From a virus (lineage: Duplodnaviria > Caudoviricetes): a stretch of 30,240 nt of DNA. The stretch is from the IMG/VR virus record IMGVR_UViG_3300012940_000080, positions 1 through 30,240 of that record; one strand, given 5' to 3'. The notes below the pieces were generated by a model. That model ran no database searches, had not been told where the DNA came from, and saw nothing but the letters and a program-made list of their open reading frames with translations. Position numbers and translations under genes: made by a program. Positions 25,049 through 30,240 of the stretch are shown piece by piece. The first letter of the stretch is position 1; each line of letters begins with the position of its first letter.

Positions 25049-25357
25049 ATGGACATCGCAATCCCTGCCGTCCCGGCGGGCGTGCTGGTGCTGCTCAACT
25101 TCTTCGCTCCCTACGCCACCTCGCTGGTCGTCCAGCCGTGGTGGCCGACGGCGGCGAAGAAGTGGGTCGCCATCGGCGTCGCCCTCGTGCTGTCTGCCGT
25201 GGTGCTGCTCATCGCGTTCTTCGGGTTCGGCGAGCCGGTCCCGTCGTGGCCGGTGCTCCTGCTCCTCGGCATCGTGGTCAGCCAGACGTCGTACGACCTC
25301 ATCCTCAAGGGGTCCGCGGACGACCTGACGAAGGCGACCTCCGGGAGCGAGAGGTGA
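25049..25357 (+). CDS. Holin-like membrane protein
   Basis: 102 aa, 2-3 TM segments, immediately after endolysin. Confidence 0.75.
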   Translation: MDIAIPAVPAGVLVLLNFFAPYATSLVVQPWWPTAAKKWVAIGVALVLSAVVLLIAFFGFGEPVPSWPVLLLLGIVVSQTSYDLILKGSADDLTKATSGSER

Positions 25358-25434
25358 ACGAAGTGGACTCCGTGGGAGGCTACTCTGTCCCCGTCGACCC
25401 GATGGACGACCTGCAATGCGAGTCGTGCCAGTGA
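25354..25434 (+). CDS. Tiny acidic peptide ending in CESCQ
   Basis: GTGA overlap with the holin stop (alternative GTG 25363); (V)NEVDSVGGYSVPVDPMDDLQCESCQ; last ORF before the terminator. Confidence 0.55.
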   Translation: MNEVDSVGGYSVPVDPMDDLQCESCQ

Positions 25435-25459
25435 CCTAGGGGGTGATCCCTACGTCTTC

Positions 25460-25489
25460 CTGAGCCCCGGTCTCCGGACCGGGGCTCAG
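25460..25489 (+). terminator. Terminator at the end of the virion/lysis operon
   Basis: CTGAGCCCCGGTC-TCCG-GACCGGGGCTCAG, a 13-bp perfect stem at the convergence point. Confidence 0.8.
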
Positions 25490-25546
25490 TGACGTTCTGA
25501 GACGACAGGAATCATCGGCGGGTTGTCTATCGACCGTATAGACGGA

Positions 25547-25574
25547 AGATGCCCAGACCGCGGTCTGAGCATCT
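25547..25574 (-). terminator. Terminator for the leftward operon
   Basis: Minus strand AGATGCTCAGACCGCGGTCTGGGCATCT hairpin just after the DUF2786 stop. Confidence 0.6.
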
Positions 25575-25585
25575 CCCTTTCGGGC

Positions 25586-26335
25586 TTATCGTTCGATCGC
25601 GCGACCTGAAGTGAGCGAGTGCTCGGTTCCCGTGGCCTGCTGCCCGGCGCGGAACCCCGCGTTCATCCCCTCGTAGCTGGCGCGCTTCTGAGAGTCGACC
25701 GTGCGGAGCTTCATGTTGTTGTCCACCCAGTCGGAGACCTTCTTGACACGCTCCACGAGGACGAGCTCGGTGCCGGGCCCGTGCTCCTCCACGACCTGCA
25801 GCTTGTTCTTGCGGATGCGGTCCGCGACGCCGACGCCGAAGTGGGAGACGAATGAGCGGCGGGCGATGTAGGCGTCCATCCCGGACTCCCACGGTCCGCG
25901 GTACCGGGTCTTGTTCCACTCTCGCATCGCACGGATCGACTGGAGGTGCAGCGAGGCAGCGAGGCCCATGACCCGCTCGACGTCGGACTCGAAGCCGACG
26001 AAGAGGATCTTGACACCCTTGACGGTCTTGCCGTCGCGGAACATCCCGTACCCGCGGTAGTCGACGAAGAAGCACTTGACACTCATCTCCTGCGACCACA
26101 CGGCGGTCTGCTCGAACAGCTCCATCGCGTAGATGCCCGAGACGAACATGTCCTTCCTGACGATCACCTCGGTGACCTCGCCGGAGACGTTCAGCATCGC
26201 CTCCTCGATGCCGTACTTCAGCATCAGCCGCTCGGCGTGCTCGGTGAGCGCCTCGGCCTCCTCCGGAGTGGTGGACTCGGCCTTGCGGAGGAGCTGCTCG
26301 ATGAGCCGCTTCGTCTTCTCCGACTTGTCGTTCAC
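25586..26335 (-). CDS. DUF2786-domain protein
   Basis: IEQLLRKAEST..EEAEALTEHAERLMLKYGI signature; RRSF..F..GV..R; GTG start coupled to the upstream stop. Confidence 0.85.
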   Translation of the reverse strand: MNDKSEKTKRLIEQLLRKAESTTPEEAEALTEHAERLMLKYGIEEAMLNVSGEVTEVIVRKDMFVSGIYAMELFEQTAVWSQEMSVKCFFVDYRGYGMFRDGKTVKGVKILFVGFESDVERVMGLAASLHLQSIRAMREWNKTRYRGPWESGMDAYIARRSFVSHFGVGVADRIRKNKLQVVEEHGPGTELVLVERVKKVSDWVDNNMKLRTVDSQKRASYEGMNAGFRAGQQATGTEHSLTSGRAIER

Positions 26336-26541
26336 AGGGCCACCCCCTCGCGGACGTGGAGCTCGTACTCGTCGGCGAACTCGCGTGCCGCCTCGGCTTC
26401 GGCCTCGGGGAACCACACGATGGACTCGAAGACGAGTTCGTCTTCGCCCCGCTCGGCGATCCCGGGGACCAGGCGGCCGACGCCGATGCCGATGGTGCCC
26501 GGCTTGTAGTAGGTGGTCTCGGGGGTGGTCGTGATAGCCAT
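26332..26541 (-). CDS. Small hypothetical protein (69 aa)
   Basis: ATG at 26541 after AGAAGGATGAAGGAA; first gene after promoter copy 3. Confidence 0.75.
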   Translation of the reverse strand: MAITTTPETTYYKPGTIGIGVGRLVPGIAERGEDELVFESIVWFPEAEAEAAREFADEYELHVREGVAL

Positions 26542-26545
26542 TTCC

Positions 26546-26616
26546 TTCATCCTTCTCTGCCGCGGTACCTCCGCGACAGTTCCATCATAACAGTCGCGGA
26601 GGCCCGTGTCAACTTT
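26546..26616 (-). promoter_or_regulatory. SigA-like promoter plus 5' hairpin (copy 3)
   Basis: Minus strand AAAG-TTGACA (26612-26607), 17-nt spacer, TGt-TATGAT (26589-26584); hairpin TGTCGCGG-AGGTA-CCGCGGCA; leader AGAGAAGGATGAAG. Confidence 0.8.
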
Positions 26617-26821
26617 CCTCGGCCTTCACACCACGGCGCGGCCCGCTCTTGGGCTTGAAGTCGTTGACGTACCACGAGCGGTACTCCTCGACGTCGTACA
26701 GCCCCGCCTCGTTCGGCGTGGGCGCGCCCGTGCGGTCTCGGTTCTTGATCTGCTTACGCACCGCCTCGCGGCTGATGCCGAGGCTGCGTGCGACGTCAGC
26801 CTGCGTTCCCATCTGAGTCAT
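26609..26821 (-). CDS. Small helix-turn-helix DNA-binding protein (Xis/Cro-like)
   Basis: TQADVARSLGISREAVRKQIK HTH, then P.P...LYDVEE..SWY; RBS GAGGAG. Confidence 0.8.
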   Translation of the reverse strand: MTQMGTQADVARSLGISREAVRKQIKNRDRTGAPTPNEAGLYDVEEYRSWYVNDFKPKSGPRRGVKAEES

Positions 26822-26833
26822 GGGGGTCTCCTC

Positions 26834-29050
26834 TCACTGGAAGGGGGTCATGCCGGACAGGCGGAGGCCCAGTCCGACGATGTACTGGTTCTGGTCCGCC
26901 TCGGTGACGACGGCGATGCTCTTCTCACGGAGCTTGTCGACGAACACCGGCCGACGACCGGGTCGCTCGTTGTTGTCCTTGCACCACTCGGACCAGTGCT
27001 TGAACGCTTGCGCGACAGAGATGCGACCCTCGGGCTGCAGCACGTAGGTCTCGTTGAGGAAGTGCGCGAACGAGTCTTGTGCCGCCTGGTAGGTGCCCGT
27101 GGACTGCGCGATGGACGCCGGCGTCTCGAGGCTACCCGCCGCGTAGTACTCGATGGCTCCCTGCACGGCCCACGCGAGGACCGCCTTCCCACCGATCTCC
27201 GGATCCTTGAGCAGTGGCTTCAGCTTGCGGTTCTTCCTGCCCTCGGGGATCGTGAACGGGAAGGGCACGCGCTTGATGCGACGGAACATGGCGGAGTCGG
27301 AGGTGATGGGGTCGTGGTTCGTCGCCATCCACAGCTTGAACTGCGGCATGAACGAGAACGACTCCTGGTAGAGGTACCTCGCGTTGAGCGTCGACCCGCC
27401 GGTGATCCTCTTGAGGAACGCGTCGTCGAACTTCTGCCCCTCCGGGAGCTCCTCCGTGCTGATGAGCCGAGCTCCCGCGAACTTGACGATCTCTTCTCGC
27501 GGCGCCTCCCTGCCGAACCGCTGCATGAAGGTCTCCGCCGGCGTGACGTCTGCGTACCTGCCCATCATCGCCTCGACCGCTGACATGAACGTGGACTTAC
27601 CCGACTGCTTTGGCCCGGAGATGATGAAGAAGCACTCCTCGGACACTGACCCAGTGAGAGTGTAGCCGACTGCGTGCTGCAGGTACTTCTGCAGCTCGAC
27701 GTCACCACCCGTCCACTCCTCGAGCAGTCGGTCCCACTCCTCGAGGCGGTACCCGGGCTCGTAGACGATTCCCGTGTTCCTCGTGAAGAGGTCCTCGCGA
27801 GTGAACGGCCGGAGCTCGCCCGTGCGCAAGTCCAGCATCCCGTTCCTGCACGCGAGCAGGTGGGCCTGAGAGTCGAAGTCGTCCGGTGTCTTGAAGATGC
27901 GCGGGTGGTTCTTCGCGAGAGCGATGACGGCGTTGATCTTACCAACACTCTCGGACTCGTTCGCGAACCGGACGAAGCGGTTCCTTGTCGTGATGTCCGC
28001 GACGCGCGTCGCGTCGAAGCGCACGATGTCAGCAACCTCTTCGACGCGCCGACGGACGAGCTCGTCGCTGACCTTCCTCCAGCCGATGTCGGTCCACGTG
28101 TTCCAGCCGATCCCCTCGACGTAGCGGAAGTCGTCACCGTACGCTCGAACGAACCGGTCGCGGTTGCCCATGTCAGTGAGCCGGAAGATGGGGTCGTCGA
28201 TGAGGTCGGCTTCGTCGCCATCCGTGAAGATGTCGTTGTCGCTGTGGTCCTGCTTGAAGGCCTGCTCCACTTTCGCAAGCGCCTCGTTCTCCGGGAACGG
28301 CGGGTTGCTGGCGCGAGCCGCCTCGAGCACGAGCAGGGTCACGGCGGCGCGGTTGTTGCCGAGCTGCCTGCGCCACCGGCAAGCCGCCCGGAAGATCATG
28401 TCGTCGCGGGACCCCTCCTCGATCCCCGCGAGCAGCTCATCGGAGCTCGCCAGGGGCACCCCAGACCCTCCACCTCCGCCACCGCCAGCGACCGCTCGGA
28501 GCAGGTACCCGGGAGCTGAGAGGGTCTTCGAGCCCCAGTTGCGCCACGAGTAAAGGCGGCCACTGACGTGGTTGCCCGGTGGGAGGATGACGTAGCCGCC
28601 GTCTCCGCGGATGTCGACACCCGGCAGCCAGTTCACGCGGTTGCCCACGTGGGTGCCGGGGTAGTCGAAGAAGATGTGCTGGCCGCCGCCGCCGGTGTTC
28701 GCTCTCAGCGTGGGCGGGATCGGCTCGTCGGAGTACCTCTGCTCGAACTCGTCGAAGCTGTCGTACCCGCCCTTCGACTGGTCGATGTCAACGACGAACA
28801 CCCCGGAGACTGCACCGGTCGCGAGACCCCAGTTCACGTGAGGGTTGGCTTGATACCAGGCACGCAGCTGGTCGAGATCGCTCGTCGCATCCTTGAGGCC
28901 GTTACGAGTTCGCGGGTGCTTGCCGGGTGAGGTGCAGTCGAGGTCGCCGCAGCTGCAGTGTCCGCCCTCGATGATGTAGTGGCACGGGAAGAGCTTCCAG
29001 CCGAGAGCCGCGTACGTGCCCGGGTTGATCGTATCTGGTGTGACTGTCAC
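26834..29050 (-). CDS. Bifunctional primase-polymerase fused to D5/SF3 helicase
   Basis: GWKLFP, PGKHP, NWGLATG...VVDID, TGGGGQH, DIRGDGGYVILPP; LTDMGN, NGMLDLRTGEL, Walker A GPKQSGKS, LKRITGG, FRRI. Probable GTG start at 29050 after GAGGGA. Confidence 0.93.
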   Translation of the reverse strand: MTVTPDTINPGTYAALGWKLFPCHYIIEGGHCSCGDLDCTSPGKHPRTRNGLKDATSDLDQLRAWYQANPHVNWGLATGAVSGVFVVDIDQSKGGYDSFDEFEQRYSDEPIPPTLRANTGGGGQHIFFDYPGTHVGNRVNWLPGVDIRGDGGYVILPPGNHVSGRLYSWRNWGSKTLSAPGYLLRAVAGGGGGGGSGVPLASSDELLAGIEEGSRDDMIFRAACRWRRQLGNNRAAVTLLVLEAARASNPPFPENEALAKVEQAFKQDHSDNDIFTDGDEADLIDDPIFRLTDMGNRDRFVRAYGDDFRYVEGIGWNTWTDIGWRKVSDELVRRRVEEVADIVRFDATRVADITTRNRFVRFANESESVGKINAVIALAKNHPRIFKTPDDFDSQAHLLACRNGMLDLRTGELRPFTREDLFTRNTGIVYEPGYRLEEWDRLLEEWTGGDVELQKYLQHAVGYTLTGSVSEECFFIISGPKQSGKSTFMSAVEAMMGRYADVTPAETFMQRFGREAPREEIVKFAGARLISTEELPEGQKFDDAFLKRITGGSTLNARYLYQESFSFMPQFKLWMATNHDPITSDSAMFRRIKRVPFPFTIPEGRKNRKLKPLLKDPEIGGKAVLAWAVQGAIEYYAAGSLETPASIAQSTGTYQAAQDSFAHFLNETYVLQPEGRISVAQAFKHWSEWCKDNNERPGRRPVFVDKLREKSIAVVTEADQNQYIVGLGLRLSGMTPFQ

Positions 29051-29069
29051 AGTGTCCCTCTGAGACGGG

Positions 29070-29101
29070 ACTGGGACCGAGCCGCGAGGCCCGGTCCCAG
29101 T
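29070..29101 (-). terminator. Hairpin between DUF932 and primase
   Basis: Minus strand ACTGGGACCGGGCC-TCGC-GGCTCGGTCCCAGT, a 14-bp stem with one G-U pair. Confidence 0.6.
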
Positions 29102-29115
29102 GGGTGTTCGGTTGT

Positions 29116-30039
29116 CTAGGCGAGCGCGAGGAGGCGCTTCGTGGTCTGGTTGCGCAGCTTCGCGATCTGCCCGTCCATGATGTTGCCGAACACGGCCTCG
29201 GCGGAGCGCGTGTCCCGGCCGTGGTCCATGTACTCGGTGAGCGCGTTGAACGCGCCCCACGCCGTCCCGGTGTATCCGTTGGTCGGGGACGACTCGTACA
29301 GCGCCATCATCTGGTCGATGACCTCGTCGGTCTTCGGCCGGGCGGGCAGGAGGTCCGTGAAGAGGTCGCGCACCGTGTCCGCCGTCACCTTGATGCTGAC
29401 GAGCTCGGTGCCGACCACCGCGAACTCCTCCGCGTACTTGAAGGAGAGACGGAGGGTCTCACGAGCCTCGAGGAGCTTCCCGTTCAGCGTCTGCGTGTGC
29501 TGCATCGACCACTTGTGCTTCGCGGCGCGGATCGCCATCGCCATCGTGTTCGTGCAGACGACGCGGATCGGCGTGACGTAGGCGGAGATTGCCTTCGTGC
29601 CGTCGTGGCTGGTGCGGAGGACACAGTACAGGTCGTGCGGGTCCTCGCCCGCGACCATGATCTGCTCCGGGAACTTCATCGTCAGGAAGATGACCTTCCC
29701 GCCGCGGAGCGAGCCCGCGGTCTCGTACTTGGCCTCGCCGGAGTCGACCAGGCTGTCCGCGAACTCGAACGCCTCGATGTTCTGGAACGGGACGTAGCGG
29801 TCGGAGACGAGGCCGAGCACGGCGTCGTCCTTGTCGCGGATGATCGCCTTGCGGCCCTCGATCTTGACCTTGGACTTCTTGTCCGAGGAGGTCGTGTAGA
29901 GGGAGCGGGGCTCGACGGTCCAGTCCAGCCCGCCAGCGACGATCGCCTCAGACGCGGTGAGGGCGTCCTCGGTGACGGTACCGATCCCGTGCCACGGGAC
30001 CTCGCGAGCGGAGAACATGGTCTCGACGTCTGCGGTCAT
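29116..30039 (-). CDS. DUF932 (phage/plasmid TIGR03299-like) protein
   Basis: REVPWHGIG, AGGLDW, QNIEAF, YETAGSLRGGK, SHDGT, TPIRVVCTNT, TAWGAFNALTEYMDH. Confidence 0.9.
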   Translation of the reverse strand: MTADVETMFSAREVPWHGIGTVTEDALTASEAIVAGGLDWTVEPRSLYTTSSDKKSKVKIEGRKAIIRDKDDAVLGLVSDRYVPFQNIEAFEFADSLVDSGEAKYETAGSLRGGKVIFLTMKFPEQIMVAGEDPHDLYCVLRTSHDGTKAISAYVTPIRVVCTNTMAMAIRAAKHKWSMQHTQTLNGKLLEARETLRLSFKYAEEFAVVGTELVSIKVTADTVRDLFTDLLPARPKTDEVIDQMMALYESSPTNGYTGTAWGAFNALTEYMDHGRDTRSAEAVFGNIMDGQIAKLRNQTTKRLLALA

Positions 30040-30119
30040 GACTTCTTTCCTTCCTCGGGGCCGGTACCTCCGGTCCCACAGTTGGATCGTAACACAGCTC
30101 AGCGCCTCCTGTCAACTTT
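30040..30119 (-). promoter_or_regulatory. SigA-like promoter plus 5' hairpin (copy 4)
   Basis: Minus strand AAAG-TTGACA (30115-30110), 18-nt spacer, TGt-TACGAT (30091-30086); hairpin GGGaCCGG-AGGTA-CCGGcCCC; leader GAGGAAGGAAAGAAG. Confidence 0.78.
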
Positions 30120-30240
30120 TGTGAGTCGGCTGAGGTCGCAGACGACCCAGCTCTGGTTCTTCGGCGGCCCGCCCCACAGCTCACACCACTGCCGGCCGCT
30201 CATGACGTTCGTCACGTACCAGACGAACTCGTACGTCTGG
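30099..30240 (-). CDS. 3' end of a hypothetical protein (truncated by the window edge)
   Basis: Open frame QTYEFVWYVTNVMSGRQWCELWGGPPKNQSWVVCDLSRLTKVDRRR* with phage-like codons. Confidence 0.55.
   Translation of the reverse strand, partial: QTYEFVWYVTNVMSGRQWCELWGGPPKNQSWVVCDLSRLTKVDRRR

Larger units (their letters stand above)
1..30240. mobile_element. Tailed bacteriophage (siphovirus-like actinophage) genome segment
   Basis: Canonical gene order terminase-portal-head-connectors-tail-tape measure-minor tails-lysis, followed by opposite-strand primase/helicase genes. No host housekeeping gene or integrase is visible. Confidence 0.97.

Noticed and set aside
25490-25585. attP or integration site at the convergence of the two operons
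   Set aside because: No integrase in the window and no identifiable core; the hairpins are explained as terminators.

Overview
High-GC (my estimate about 68%) window from a tailed siphovirus-type phage genome. The host is probably a non-mycolic Actinobacterium such as Microbacteriaceae; this is inferred from the LAXTG sortase signal, codon usage and the absence of lysin B. Layout: a highly structured non-coding 5' region containing an aberrant tRNA-like element (1-~390); accessory genes including a sortase-anchored surface protein and a DUF3310-like protein (409-4191); a complete rightward virion operon (terminase, portal, JAB/MPN metalloprotease, MuF-like protein, scaffold, decoration protein, capsid, connectors, major tail, tail chaperones, tape measure, minor tails); a lysis cassette ending at convergent terminators (~25440-25580); then leftward early/replication genes (DUF2786, HTH, primase-polymerase/SF3 helicase, DUF932). 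Most notable: (i) a tRNA-Pro-like cloverleaf with a ~65-nt hairpin inserted in its D-loop, next to a 170-nt multibranch RNA domain; (ii) a four-copy cassette of a SigA-type promoter plus a 5'-terminal hairpin with covarying stem and conserved A(G/A)GT(A/G) loop; (iii) a second three-copy TGTTG-TAnnrT promoter class before structural modules; (iv) a probable +1 frameshift at TTT-CGT in the tail chaperone; (v) a membrane-anchored multidomain endolysin. All protein calls come from motif recognition and synteny, not database searches.
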